Shown here: positions 9,532-19,284 of the stretch, piece by piece | Numbering within the stretch: position 1 is the first letter of the stretch | Layout: every line of letters begins with the position of its first letter | Assembly (NCBI GenBank): GCA_048938105.1 | Contig: JBHLMN010000012.1 | Coordinates: 132,876 to 196,875 of the forward strand | Direction: 5' to 3' | DNA: 64,000 nucleotides | Source of the DNA: Promethearchaeota archaeon | GTDB taxonomy: Archaea; Asgardarchaeota; Heimdallarchaeia; Hodarchaeales; Hodarchaeaceae | Translations under genes and position numbers: made by a program | Notes under the pieces: generated by a model | The model's database searches: none | Told to the model about the DNA's origin: nothing | What the model saw: only the letters and a program-made list of their open reading frames with translations

Positions 9532-11232
9532 ATGTACGTTCCTAAATTCGTTGAACTCTATTATCTTCGTTTTTTACGGCATAAAACTGTTTTTGGGCTT
9601 TCTATTATACTTTTTTCTGCTATCACTCTATTTTTCCCGTTAATTTATCCTGGCGAAGAGTCAATGCAGAATATTGTAATTTATTATGAGAGATTTGTCG
9701 GAGAACTTGAATATGATAATCCTGGATTTCATATATGGACAATTATTGCAGCAGGTATGGTAATTAGTATTTATTTACCACTGACAGCCATCCTTCTTGG
9801 AGTCAATATTTTGCCAATTGCTGAGAAGGATGGGAAAGAACTCTTATTTTCGACACCTAAATCACTTACAAAGGATTTTCTAGAGAATTCAATTCTATTA
9901 ATTAGCTTAATTTGGCTTATTTGCATTCCAAGTTACCTATTATCATTATTTTTTCTTCTCATTAATAATAATGTTGATTCAATTGTAAATTTAACAATTA
10001 GCTTTGTTATTGGAGGATTTCTTGCCAGTTTTATTGCTTTTCTAACTGCTTTTGGTTGTTCATTTTCCTTCTCTAAAAGAATAGGTTATCTTTTTGGTGG
10101 AGGTTATACTGTAATGGGATTTTTTTCAGATATGGCTTTAAGAAATAATGAAGATTTTGAGGCCCTGTTGGAATTAAACCTATTTTCCAGAGCTAAAAGT
10201 ACCCAAAATGCGATCATGGGAACTTGGAATGAGGAATTCCTTCTTTTTACACTCCTCCTAATAATCATTTTGATTATTCTGTCCATTTTATTGATCTATC
10301 GAAAGGATTTCATTGAAGGTGGTTATAGAAAATCAATAATTGATGAACCTGGGATAGAAGGTCAAAAGATCACTGAAAAATTTTCAATAATCAAGCTTCC
10401 TCTTGATAAGCTAATTGGAAGTCTCGGATGGAGATTTCCTGCTTTACGTGATCAATTACATTCAATGGTTGGAATAATGACTGTCTTTTTAATAGTTACA
10501 ATTGGTCTTACAATTATGCAAGGAGCTACATACGAAGGAGAGGTAAAAACAGCTGCTACTTTTGCTAGCATTGATATCCCCTTTATTGATGCAGCCTTAT
10601 TCAATTATAAACTAAAACCAACCCTAGAAGGTTGGTTTACCCTTGAGTTTCTGGCCTGGGCTTGGATGATACCTTTTGGCCCTTTTATACTAATTGTTAT
10701 AAACAATATTATTTTCAGAGACAAAAAAGAGCGAATCGCAGAAATCACATGGGTACTCCCACAAAGTGAAACAAAAATAATGTTCAATAGAACTATTGCT
10801 GCATTAATCGGTCTTATAACCTTGTTCATTTTTAGTTTTCTAGCTTTTACTCTTGTGGATTTTGGGCTTGAAAATAATGGTGATCTCGTTAATGCAGCTG
10901 CAAGCTATTTGATCTTTATGTGGGGGTACTGTGTGTTTTTCATTGCTTTTCTATCCTTAGCACTTCTGGTTCCTTATAGACATGCTCAAAAAACGTTATT
11001 ACTCGGATTTACTATCAGTATTCTTCTTCTTTTAGCTGGATTTATAACTGATAACTTCTTACTGCTGGCTTTAACTCCATTAAGCTATTTTGACTATATG
11101 GGGATATTTTTAGGCGAAAAAACTTTGATAGATGTTCTACCTAATGCTTTGATTTGTTCATCTATTGTTATCGTATTCTATGTTGTTGTACTAAAGAAAA
11201 TTGTATCCACGAGAGATAGATTAGTTCAATAG
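9532..11232 (+). CDS. Large ABC-2-type transporter permease
   Basis: 566-aa polytopic membrane protein 14 nt downstream of the ABC ATPase. It appears to have two hydrophobic bundles. Confidence 0.6.
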   Translation: MYVPKFVELYYLRFLRHKTVFGLSIILFSAITLFFPLIYPGEESMQNIVIYYERFVGELEYDNPGFHIWTIIAAGMVISIYLPLTAILLGVNILPIAEKDGKELLFSTPKSLTKDFLENSILLISLIWLICIPSYLLSLFFLLINNNVDSIVNLTISFVIGGFLASFIAFLTAFGCSFSFSKRIGYLFGGGYTVMGFFSDMALRNNEDFEALLELNLFSRAKSTQNAIMGTWNEEFLLFTLLLIIILIILSILLIYRKDFIEGGYRKSIIDEPGIEGQKITEKFSIIKLPLDKLIGSLGWRFPALRDQLHSMVGIMTVFLIVTIGLTIMQGATYEGEVKTAATFASIDIPFIDAALFNYKLKPTLEGWFTLEFLAWAWMIPFGPFILIVINNIIFRDKKERIAEITWVLPQSETKIMFNRTIAALIGLITLFIFSFLAFTLVDFGLENNGDLVNAAASYLIFMWGYCVFFIAFLSLALLVPYRHAQKTLLLGFTISILLLLAGFITDNFLLLALTPLSYFDYMGIFLGEKTLIDVLPNALICSSIVIVFYVVVLKKIVSTRDRLVQ

Positions 11233-11257
11233 TCTTCTTTCTCTTTTTTTCTTTTAT
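11233..11257 (+). terminator. T-rich tract between convergent genes
   Basis: tcttctttctctttttttcttttat directly after the stop at 11232. Confidence 0.3.
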
Positions 11258-11272
11258 ACTAAGAGATAAATA

Positions 11273-11914
11273 TCATATCAAAGAGAATTGAATCACTACA
11301 AAGAGCATGATACTAAATGTAATTACTGAAATCACTGTGTCGAATTTTCCTGTCTTTAGAAATGGGATAAATAATGGAGTTTTGCTTTTATAACTAGTAT
11401 AATCAGCGCCAAATTTCTTCAATAGGTACTGATCTTCTATAAGTGCAAGAATAATATAAGCCAGTAGTTGTAAATACCATAGTATTATTGTTTCTTCCGC
11501 TGACAGCCAACTCATACCAAAAAAGAAAGTAATATAAAAATAACTCCACCCTGTCAAGCCAATTGTCAAAAGTAGAAGACCAGTATACTGGGGATGTCTT
11601 ATAAATCGATAAGGGCCAGAGGTGACTAATCCCCTTCTCTTTTTTACGCCGAGATAAACAATTGAATAAATTATCAATACAACGCTTATCATAATCAAAA
11701 TTTTCCCAAAGAATACCTCATTAAAATTGAGAAGGCTGGCATAGCCTTCAATGATACTGCTAGAAAGATTGGGAACCAAGGCACCCAATAACAGAATTAC
11801 AGGAGCAGCCATGAGTGGTATCCATACCCAGATTCCTGGAAGTTGCTGAACTAAAAGAAATAAATATCCAGCCGTGCCAAAAACAATAGCTTGAGCTCTC
11901 TCTAGTTTTTTCAT
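11273..11914 (-). CDS. ICMT/PEMT-family membrane methyltransferase-like protein
   Basis: GPYRFIRHPQYTGLLLLTIG followed by EDQYLLKKFGADYTSYKSKTP. Multi-TM. Confidence 0.65.
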   Translation of the reverse strand: MKKLERAQAIVFGTAGYLFLLVQQLPGIWVWIPLMAAPVILLLGALVPNLSSSIIEGYASLLNFNEVFFGKILIMISVVLIIYSIVYLGVKKRRGLVTSGPYRFIRHPQYTGLLLLTIGLTGWSYFYITFFFGMSWLSAEETIILWYLQLLAYIILALIEDQYLLKKFGADYTSYKSKTPLFIPFLKTGKFDTVISVITFSIMLFVVIQFSLI

Positions 11915-12238
11915 TGAACATCATCTCTATCTTATGCAAATTTTCTAGTCTAACCTCATTTCCTACGTTTAAAACCATAAAAACTACCTCTTATAAGCCT
12001 ATAGTTTTCTGCAAGTTGGGAGATAAAAGAGATGAATTAGTACACTTGTCCTAATGGATAGAACAAAGCATTTCACATTGTGGTTCCTCTGTTCGACTTT
12101 TGATACATTTTCATTACATGTATGTTTACGGAATGAAATAAGATCTAACTAAGACATTTGTAATAGAATCTAGTTTTTATTACCTAACAGCAATGTTTTT
12201 CAGGAGATCTTTACTAGATTTTCTCTTGAGGTAGAAAA

Positions 12239-12823
12239 TTGGATAAAATGCTCTTAGAAATTCCATCAATGATAGAGACCAAACAATTAATCATCAGAAA
12301 GTACAAAAAAGGTGATGGGATGCCACTTCTTGAATTATTTGAAAGAAACGATAATCGTGAGCATCTAAAAGATCATGTGTATGAAGCATCCACTATAATG
12401 ACCCAAGAAGAGGCAGAAATTAGAGTTAGGCGTTTTATTGCCTCTTGGGTCGCACGAAAGAGATTTGTTTTGGGTGTATGGTTAAAAGCTTCGAACCTAT
12501 ATATTGGCCAAATCTGGATCGAACCCAAAAAATGGGAAGTTCCCTCATTCGAGCTGGGATGGTTTTTAGACCGATCTTATCAGGGACAAGGATTAGCAAC
12601 AGAAGCAGCGAGAAGAGCAATTGAATTTCTTTTTAATGATTTGAAAGCTCATAAAATCATCATTTTAACTCGTGATGACAATGTGAGAAGCTATAAACTA
12701 GCTGAAAGATGTGGATTTACCAAAGAAGGGTATCTTAAGGATCATGGTATTAAAAATGGTAAAAGATATGGGTTATTTTGCTACAGGTTGTTAAAACCCG
12801 ACTATAAAATCAAAAATGACTGA
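12239..12823 (+). CDS. GNAT family N-acetyltransferase (RimJ/RimL-like)
   Basis: WFLDRSYQGQGLATEAARRAIEFLF is the acetyl-CoA-binding Q/RxxGxG/A-like motif. TTG start in the track; ATG at 12248. Confidence 0.7.
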   Translation: MDKMLLEIPSMIETKQLIIRKYKKGDGMPLLELFERNDNREHLKDHVYEASTIMTQEEAEIRVRRFIASWVARKRFVLGVWLKASNLYIGQIWIEPKKWEVPSFELGWFLDRSYQGQGLATEAARRAIEFLFNDLKAHKIIILTRDDNVRSYKLAERCGFTKEGYLKDHGIKNGKRYGLFCYRLLKPDYKIKND

Positions 12824-12886
12824 TTATGGTTTTTCTGCAGTATAAGAGTTAGTATTTAGATTTCAATTCCTTATTCAATCATCTTT

Positions 12887-13828
12887 TTAGCTTAATATTT
12901 CAATTAATTTGACCAAATCCTCTTTATTGATGGCAACAACATCTGCTTCAGGAAATATATTGCGGTTGTTTTCTGAAATTCCCTGTCCTCCGATTGCAAT
13001 ACGAATTTGGTTTTTGAAAACATTATGTAAATACTCTAAATTTCGTTTAAGAGTACCAAGATATAACGGAAGGGTAATGGAGATAAATATCCAATCAGGT
13101 AATTCAGGAAGATCTTTGATATATTTGATTAAGGATTGGATGGGTAAAGCTCGCCCCAGATTAATAATCTTGTAATTTAAATCCCGAAGAATATATTCTA
13201 AGGCAAATAAACTGAGAACATGTCTTTCACCTTCTACAGGTACTAAAATGATAATTCCTTTTTCCTCTATATTTTCATTTACTGGTATTCTTGCAACGAT
13301 TAGCTCTTCAACGCGATTAGAAATAATGTGTTCTTCCGCAGTTGAAAGATTCGCTTGAGCCCATTGTACACCGACCTCATGCATTAGTGGTGTGATAAAA
13401 TCAACAATAAAGGGTGTACTATTAGGAAACATTGATTCTATGTTTACTGAGAACTCCTCAACATCATAATTTGATGATTTCAGATATCTGATCATTTCTT
13501 GTATGGAGGCTAATTTTAAAACAGAGGGTTTTTCTATTCTTCCTTTCTCCTCAGGCTTCTTCTTTTCTTTTAATATCTCATTCTCATGTATATATAGTTC
13601 TTTGATTAGATCATCAGTTAAATATACAACAGTATACCGCCCCCGTTTAAGTGGGCGTCGTTCGATTTCGATATAACCTTGTAAATTTAGTTCTTTTATG
13701 GCATTAGAAATTGTTGAACGTTTAAGATCTAAATTGGATGCAAGTTCAGAAACAGGGACTTCCCTTCCGCGATTTTGCCTTAAGTATCGAAAAATACGAT
13801 CTCTGGCTGGTAATTGGACATTTTCCAT
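12887..13828 (-). CDS. CarH/LitR-like cobalamin-binding (putative light-sensing) regulator with an N-terminal winged-helix domain
   Basis: N-terminal wHTH (VPVSELASNLDLKRSTISNAIKELNLQGYIE). W156-x9-E166-H167 lies in VQWAQANLSTAEEHII. The B12-binding Rossmann part has GIIILVPVEGERH203VLS, ISITL and IAIGGQG. The gene sits immediately downstream of crtB. Confidence 0.7.
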   Translation of the reverse strand: MENVQLPARDRIFRYLRQNRGREVPVSELASNLDLKRSTISNAIKELNLQGYIEIERRPLKRGRYTVVYLTDDLIKELYIHENEILKEKKKPEEKGRIEKPSVLKLASIQEMIRYLKSSNYDVEEFSVNIESMFPNSTPFIVDFITPLMHEVGVQWAQANLSTAEEHIISNRVEELIVARIPVNENIEEKGIIILVPVEGERHVLSLFALEYILRDLNYKIINLGRALPIQSLIKYIKDLPELPDWIFISITLPLYLGTLKRNLEYLHNVFKNQIRIAIGGQGISENNRNIFPEADVVAINKEDLVKLIEILS

Positions 13829-13897
13829 AAGGCATTGTTACCTTCTTATTGATATTCTTATGATTTCTTCATGACTTACTCTTATTTTATGAACCAG

Positions 13898-14842
13898 CTA
13901 AAGTTTACGAAGGTACTCTAAACGTACTTTAGTTGCCAAAATAATCTTTCTTAGTTTAGAAACAACTGCCCGTTGATTTAATATTTGATAATCAATTCTT
14001 TTTATCTCATTTAGAATTTCCCCATAGACTCTTGAGGCCACTTTTACAGTATAAGCTCCTGCAGGTGGTAATTCCTCAATACCAAGATCAGCTATCTTAT
14101 AAAGAGCTTTCGCTCGCTCTGATTCGTAACGAATGAGTGATTTGAGGTTCTCATTCACTTTATCACCCCTTAGATCCTCAATCGTAACCTGATAATCATT
14201 CCGAGTTTCTTCTGGTAGATATATTCGCCCCTTGAGGAAATCCTCTTTGATATCTCTTAATATATTGGTTAATTGCATTGCTCTACCTAGATCTGCAGCT
14301 CGTGCTAGAGTTCGTTTTTCTGGATTTTTGATGAAGATGTGAGTCATCATTAAACCAACAGTACTTGCAACCCGATACATGTATAAGTCAAGTTCTTCTT
14401 CTGAATAGTACTCGGTTTTTATAAGATCCATTCTCACACCTTCTATAAGCTCATGCATGTAATTAACTGGAATTTGATGTTTACGTAACGTATCTCCAAA
14501 GGCATGAAGGATAGGATTTGTAGAGCTATATCCATTGGCCAATTTTGTTATAGTACTTTTCAATCGATCAAGTTCAAAATTAATCTTATCAATCGTAATC
14601 CCCTTAGGGGCTTCATCAACTATATCATCACTTAAACGACATATAGCATAGAGAGCAGCAACGCTTTTACGCTGATCTTCAGGTAAAAATCGACTAGCGA
14701 AATAGAATGACTTGCTATGCTCTATCATCCAGTCTAGACAGATTTGATAGCTTTCTTCAAGTGTTTCATCCATCAAACTATGTTTAGGTGTCGTACTTTT
14801 GGGAAGAAGTTCCCAATCAATTGTTTTGTGAGTTGAATACAT
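13898..14842 (-). CDS. crtB: Phytoene synthase
   Basis: Squalene/phytoene synthase motifs FYFASRFLP, YAICRLSDDIVDE (first Asp-rich) and NILRDIKEDFLKGRIYLP (second Asp-rich). Confidence 0.85.
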   Translation of the reverse strand: MYSTHKTIDWELLPKSTTPKHSLMDETLEESYQICLDWMIEHSKSFYFASRFLPEDQRKSVAALYAICRLSDDIVDEAPKGITIDKINFELDRLKSTITKLANGYSSTNPILHAFGDTLRKHQIPVNYMHELIEGVRMDLIKTEYYSEEELDLYMYRVASTVGLMMTHIFIKNPEKRTLARAADLGRAMQLTNILRDIKEDFLKGRIYLPEETRNDYQVTIEDLRGDKVNENLKSLIRYESERAKALYKIADLGIEELPPAGAYTVKVASRVYGEILNEIKRIDYQILNQRAVVSKLRKIILATKVRLEYLRKL

Positions 14843-14864
14843 TTTCTAATTCACTTATTAATAT

Positions 14865-14891
14865 TTCATGAATTAGTTCAACTTCATGAAT
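14865..14891. promoter_or_regulatory. Two copies of the 8-bp palindrome TTCATGAA in the divergent crtB / crtI promoter region (candidate operator)
   Basis: TTCATGAA at 14865-14872 and 14883-14890, 18 bp apart, both followed by T. They lie inside the 135-bp crtB-crtI intergenic region. Confidence 0.35.
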
Positions 14892-14977
14892 AAACATTTA
14901 AATATTTTTCGAATGTAGGTAATCAATCAAAAAAGTGTCATTTGTCAAGTAGACATTACTTTTTTGGATAAATAAAA

Positions 14978-16561
14978 GTGAGAAAAATGAGTAATGGACA
15001 TAATAAACGTAATATAGCCTTTGATAATAAAAACCCTGAAACGTTTCTCGAATCAGTGGTAATTATAGGCTCTGGGATTGGTGGACTGGCGGCGGGAATA
15101 CGCCTTCAGACAACAGGAAAATTTAATGTTACTATTATAGAAAAACTAGACCAAGTTGGTGGTCGGGCCAGAGTCTTTAAAGATCAAGGGTTTACTTTTG
15201 ATGGAGGTCCTACGGTAATAACTGTACCTGACATTTTTAAGGATTTATTTACTTTACCTGGTCGAAAAATGGAGGATTATGTCGAATTAATACCAGTGGA
15301 GCCGTTTTATCGAATCCATTTTAACGATGGGACATTTTTTGATTATTCTACTCCGGAAAAAAATATACCTCAAATTGAAAAAGTAAATCCTGAAGATGTA
15401 GAAGGATATAAACGCATGCTTAAAGCAGTTCGACCGATCTACGAGAAGGGGTTCAAAGAATTATCATTTAAACCTTTTAACAAGTTTACTTCAATGCTTA
15501 AAGTAGCTCCCTCCCTCATCAAGTTACAATCATACCGTTCAAATTATAAATTTGTCTCTAAATATATAAAAAATGAGAATCTCCGAATGGTATTTAGTTT
15601 TCACCCTTTACTTATTGGGGGGAATCCTTTCTCGGTTCCATCAATTTATAGTCTTATTCAATACCTGGAAAAAGAATTTGGAGTTTGGTTTGTGCGTGGT
15701 GGTACAAATGCTTTAGTTCAGGCGTTAGCAAACTTATTTGAGGAGCTTGGGGGTAAAATCATTTTGAATAGTGAGGTTAAAAAAATTGAAGTTAAAGATA
15801 ATCAAGTAGAGGGCGTTTTAACTGTTTCGAATGATTTTTATCCAAGTAAAATCGTAATAAGTAATGCTGACCCCGCTTTTACATACACAAAAATGATTGA
15901 TGCAGAGTGGCGCAGGAAAAACAGTGATAAGCGTTATAAAAAAGCGAAATATTCTATGGGATTAGTTGTAATTTATTTTGGAACGAAAAGACAATATCCA
16001 AATATGAAACATCACACTATTATTTTGGGTCCCCGGTATAAAGGACTAATAGAAGATATTTTCAAGAAAAAGATTTTAGCAGAAGATTTTTCGAGCTATT
16101 TACATCTCCCCACTCGGACTGATCCAAGTTTAGCTCCTGAAGGACATGAAGCCTTTTATATCCTGATTCCCGTCCCTCATCAAGATTCTGGTATTAATTG
16201 GGAAGAAATGGCTGAACCATTTAAACAACGAATCTTTGATTTTCTGAATGAAAATTATCTCCCTGAACTAAAAGAGAACTTAGTGACAGAGCGAATTTTT
16301 ACTCCTCTAGATTTTGAACGAGACTATAATAGCTTTAAAGGATCTGGTTTTTCTGTTGAACCAATTTTTACTCAATCAGCGTGGTTCCGTCCACATAACA
16401 AATCTGAAGATATTGATGGTCTTTATTTAGTGGGTGCTGGAACCCATCCAGGAGCAGGATTGCCTGGAGTTGTCTCCAGTGCAAAAGTAACCACAGATTT
16501 GATCATCAATGGGAAAAATGGATTTTCAAAAAAACCCTCTGGAATAAGTAATGCTAATTAG
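14978..16561 (+). CDS. crtI: Phytoene desaturase
   Basis: N-terminal FAD fold VVIIGSGIGGLAAGIRLQ, C-terminal LYLVGAGTHPGAGLPGV, and the length and order typical of CrtI. The track start is a GTG; the ATG at 14987 is likely. Confidence 0.85.
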   Translation: MRKMSNGHNKRNIAFDNKNPETFLESVVIIGSGIGGLAAGIRLQTTGKFNVTIIEKLDQVGGRARVFKDQGFTFDGGPTVITVPDIFKDLFTLPGRKMEDYVELIPVEPFYRIHFNDGTFFDYSTPEKNIPQIEKVNPEDVEGYKRMLKAVRPIYEKGFKELSFKPFNKFTSMLKVAPSLIKLQSYRSNYKFVSKYIKNENLRMVFSFHPLLIGGNPFSVPSIYSLIQYLEKEFGVWFVRGGTNALVQALANLFEELGGKIILNSEVKKIEVKDNQVEGVLTVSNDFYPSKIVISNADPAFTYTKMIDAEWRRKNSDKRYKKAKYSMGLVVIYFGTKRQYPNMKHHTIILGPRYKGLIEDIFKKKILAEDFSSYLHLPTRTDPSLAPEGHEAFYILIPVPHQDSGINWEEMAEPFKQRIFDFLNENYLPELKENLVTERIFTPLDFERDYNSFKGSGFSVEPIFTQSAWFRPHNKSEDIDGLYLVGAGTHPGAGLPGVVSSAKVTTDLIINGKNGFSKKPSGISNAN

Positions 16562-17385
16562 TGGAAGAAATTGTAATGTTAACATATTTCATCTTCCTCC
16601 TTTTCTTTATTGTTATACCTTTGATGGTAATCAGTTTTTTTTATTATAAGAAATATCGTGGAGGGGAAGAATATCAAAAAACGATGATAAAAAAAATCTT
16701 AATTGTGTTAGCGATATTAATAATTGTAGCTATTACTTATACTACTCCATGGGATAATTTTCTCGTCGAAAATGGCATTTGGTATTATGAGACATCGAAA
16801 GTTATGGGTATTTTAATTGGTTTTGTACCCATTGAAGAATATGGCTTTTTCGTATTGCAGACTCTCTTTATTGGATTGCTATTCGGATGGATTCTGCTTC
16901 ATAGAAAGAAAATCAGTCATAATCAGAATAATTTTAGAGTTAATTTACGCCTGATTTCAGCGATTGGGCTACTTATTGTTTGGATTGTAGGATTTCTTGC
17001 ATTTATTAACAGAATAGAAACTTTAACTTATCTGAATTTAATCCTTTTATGGGGAATACCTCCAATAATGATTCAACTGATCTATGGCGCTGATATTCTC
17101 TGGTTGTACAATCGAGACCTTATCTCAGTCATCTCTCTCTCAACTATTTACTTAGCTATTGCAGATACTATTGCGATTGCAGATGGAATCTGGACAATTA
17201 GTATAAATACATCAACAGGGATTCTTTTGGCTGGAGTTTTACCTATTGAAGAGTTTGTCTTTTTCTTGGTCACTAATATATTAATTACTTTTGGATTAAC
17301 CTTAATGATTGATTCTAGGAGTATTGATAGATTTCATCAATACTTTTCTAGATTAAAAGAACACAAGTGGAGAAATAAGTTATGA
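16561..17385 (+). CDS. crtY: Lycopene cyclase, fused CrtYc/CrtYd (heterodimer-type) domains
   Basis: Polytopic protein with two repeats of the lycopene-cyclase-domain pattern (TPWDNFLVENGIWYY ... PIEEYGFF; second half PIEEFVFF). Likely ATG at 16576. Follows crtI directly. Confidence 0.75.
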   Translation: MEEIVMLTYFIFLLFFIVIPLMVISFFYYKKYRGGEEYQKTMIKKILIVLAILIIVAITYTTPWDNFLVENGIWYYETSKVMGILIGFVPIEEYGFFVLQTLFIGLLFGWILLHRKKISHNQNNFRVNLRLISAIGLLIVWIVGFLAFINRIETLTYLNLILLWGIPPIMIQLIYGADILWLYNRDLISVISLSTIYLAIADTIAIADGIWTISINTSTGILLAGVLPIEEFVFFLVTNILITFGLTLMIDSRSIDRFHQYFSRLKEHKWRNKL

Positions 17386-17502
17386 CCAGTAGAATTTTTG
17401 TACAGGAATTGTATACATGCTTCAAAAATTTAGAAAACTGCAATATGAAGATATATTGGGAATACCTCCCTTTCTTTAACTCACACAATTTGAGGTAATT
17501 TC

Positions 17503-17955
17503 ATGTTAAATAACGTAATAGAATATCTTAATGAGTCTGTAATACCTTTGCGGCTTTCTGGTACCACTAAATCAGGCTGGCCATTTGTAATGAGCCTTTG
17601 GTATGTTTATTTAAATGAAAAAATTTACTTAGCAACTATAAAATCAGCTAAAGTCGTTGATTATCTTTCTAATAACCCCAAATGTGCTTTTGAAATTGCC
17701 AGTGATACTCCACCTTATTGTGGGATTCGAGGACAAGCAATGGCAAAAATTATTGAATCTAAGGGGGATGAAATTCTAAAAATCCTTCTAAATCGTTATC
17801 TAGGAGGAGAAAATAGTCCTTTAGCCCGAAGACTGTTGAATCAACGTATACCAGAGGTTGCGATTGAGCTTACTCCTGTTAAAGTGTATCAATGGGATTA
17901 TAGTAAGCGAATGATTGACTCGATTGAATTTTCTTCAGTTAAAAAGTGTCCATAA
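17503..17955 (+). CDS. PPOX/FMN-binding split-barrel family protein
   Basis: About 150 aa. GWPFVMSLWYVYLNEKIYLAT and IRGQAMAKI resemble PPOX-like proteins. Confidence 0.45.
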   Translation: MLNNVIEYLNESVIPLRLSGTTKSGWPFVMSLWYVYLNEKIYLATIKSAKVVDYLSNNPKCAFEIASDTPPYCGIRGQAMAKIIESKGDEILKILLNRYLGGENSPLARRLLNQRIPEVAIELTPVKVYQWDYSKRMIDSIEFSSVKKCP

Positions 17956-17992
17956 ATAAGAACGATAAAAAAACCAGTAAAAAGGTGATATT

Positions 17993-18412
17993 ATGTCAGA
18001 TATCAAATATTCTGCTGGAGTATGCAATATCGGTGACGCTGAAATAAAACAAAGACGTCGATTAGGATATATAGGCATTGGTCTTACTGTGATAGCAATT
18101 ATTGTATATTTAGGATTGATTTATTCTATAAAATTAGATCCATTCTTTGGAGTGATTATTTTCATACCTGCTGAAATGTCAGCTATTGGGTTAATTCAAG
18201 CTAGGAACAAATTTTGCGCTGCTTATGGATTGATTCACCAACAGAACGTTTCCTCAAGCTTAGGCTTAACTGTGAAAATAGGCAATAAAAATTCCCAGAG
18301 AAAGGATAGGAACAAAGCTCTTAAAATTATTTTTCAATCCCTAGTAATTGCGATTATCATTACTGTTTTTACAGTTATTGGAGGGATTTTGATAGCTCAA
18401 AGTATTATTTAG
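17993..18412 (+). CDS. Small membrane protein (3 TM), unknown function
   Basis: Hydrophobic helices. The N-terminal CNIGDAEIKQRRRLG resembles YgaP-like/DUF2892 small membrane proteins (weak recollection). Confidence 0.35.
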   Translation: MSDIKYSAGVCNIGDAEIKQRRRLGYIGIGLTVIAIIVYLGLIYSIKLDPFFGVIIFIPAEMSAIGLIQARNKFCAAYGLIHQQNVSSSLGLTVKIGNKNSQRKDRNKALKIIFQSLVIAIIITVFTVIGGILIAQSII

Positions 18413-18501
18413 GTTTGAATATAGGTTGAAAAAAAGCATAAGAGATAAATATGAATCAAATCAATATACTCAATCTTAGGGAGAGGATTTTTCCTACTCC
18501 A

Positions 18502-19239
18502 TTAAAAAATTCGTCCTAGTGACGCGTCTAAGATTTTTCCAGTCATTAGAGGAGTAGTTGCAGCAAATTCTATCATTTCATTCAAATCCTTAGGTAATAA
18601 TGGGTAATTAAGAAGCTGTTTTGATATTAATTTCGATGATAGAACCTCAATTGTTGTACCATTATCCATAGATTTCTTTTCCAATTCTCTATTATGTCGA
18701 TCCGTAAAAACATATGTAGGAGAAACTCCGTTAATTCGAATTTTGGGAGCCAAAACTCTAGCCATTGTACGAATTAAATAGACTAATCCAGCTTTCGCAA
18801 CTCCATAAGGCATTTTATCCAATGAAGGTTCATAAGCAGCAGAACTAACGATATGTACTATAGCTCCGCCTTCTATCATAAGTTCAGCTGCCATTCTTGT
18901 TAATAAGAAAGCAGATGTTAGATTCACATTTATTACACGATTGAAAAATGAAGCATCCACTTCTAATGGATTTTTTGAAGCCAAGGATCCCCCTATATTA
19001 TTTATCAGAATGTCTATTGATCCAATTTTAGTCTGTACCCATTTCTTTACCTTTCTAATTCCTTCCTCGGTTGTGCAATCAGCTGCAATATTATTAATTC
19101 CTGGAAAACGATCATTTATCATATTTAGACTGGATATGAGAACCTCATTATTCTGATTAGAAAGTTTTCTCATAATTGCCTCTCCAATCCCTCCAACAGC
19201 AACACCAGTAACTAGAATTTTCTTATTTTCGATGATCAT
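18502..19239 (-). CDS. Classical short-chain dehydrogenase/reductase (SDR)
   Basis: TGxxxGxG (ILVTGVAVGGIGEAI), NNxG-like LINNIGG, catalytic S...YGVAK (YxxxK). Confidence 0.8.
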   Translation of the reverse strand: MIIENKKILVTGVAVGGIGEAIMRKLSNQNNEVLISSLNMINDRFPGINNIAADCTTEEGIRKVKKWVQTKIGSIDILINNIGGSLASKNPLEVDASFFNRVINVNLTSAFLLTRMAAELMIEGGAIVHIVSSAAYEPSLDKMPYGVAKAGLVYLIRTMARVLAPKIRINGVSPTYVFTDRHNRELEKKSMDNGTTIEVLSSKLISKQLLNYPLLPKDLNEMIEFAATTPLMTGKILDASLGRIF

Positions 19240-19284
19240 GATTAATTTCCTCAGTTATGTTGTTAATGGTTTAATTTATTACAT

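Noticed and set aside
12040-12100. tRNA-like fragment (gtcctaatggatagaac ... ggttcctctgttcgac) in the intergenic region upstream of the GNAT gene.
   Set aside because: I could not fold an acceptor stem, anticodon arm or proper T-arm (no GTTCGAATC-type loop with a paired stem). At best it is a degraded fragment, and I cannot support a tRNA call.
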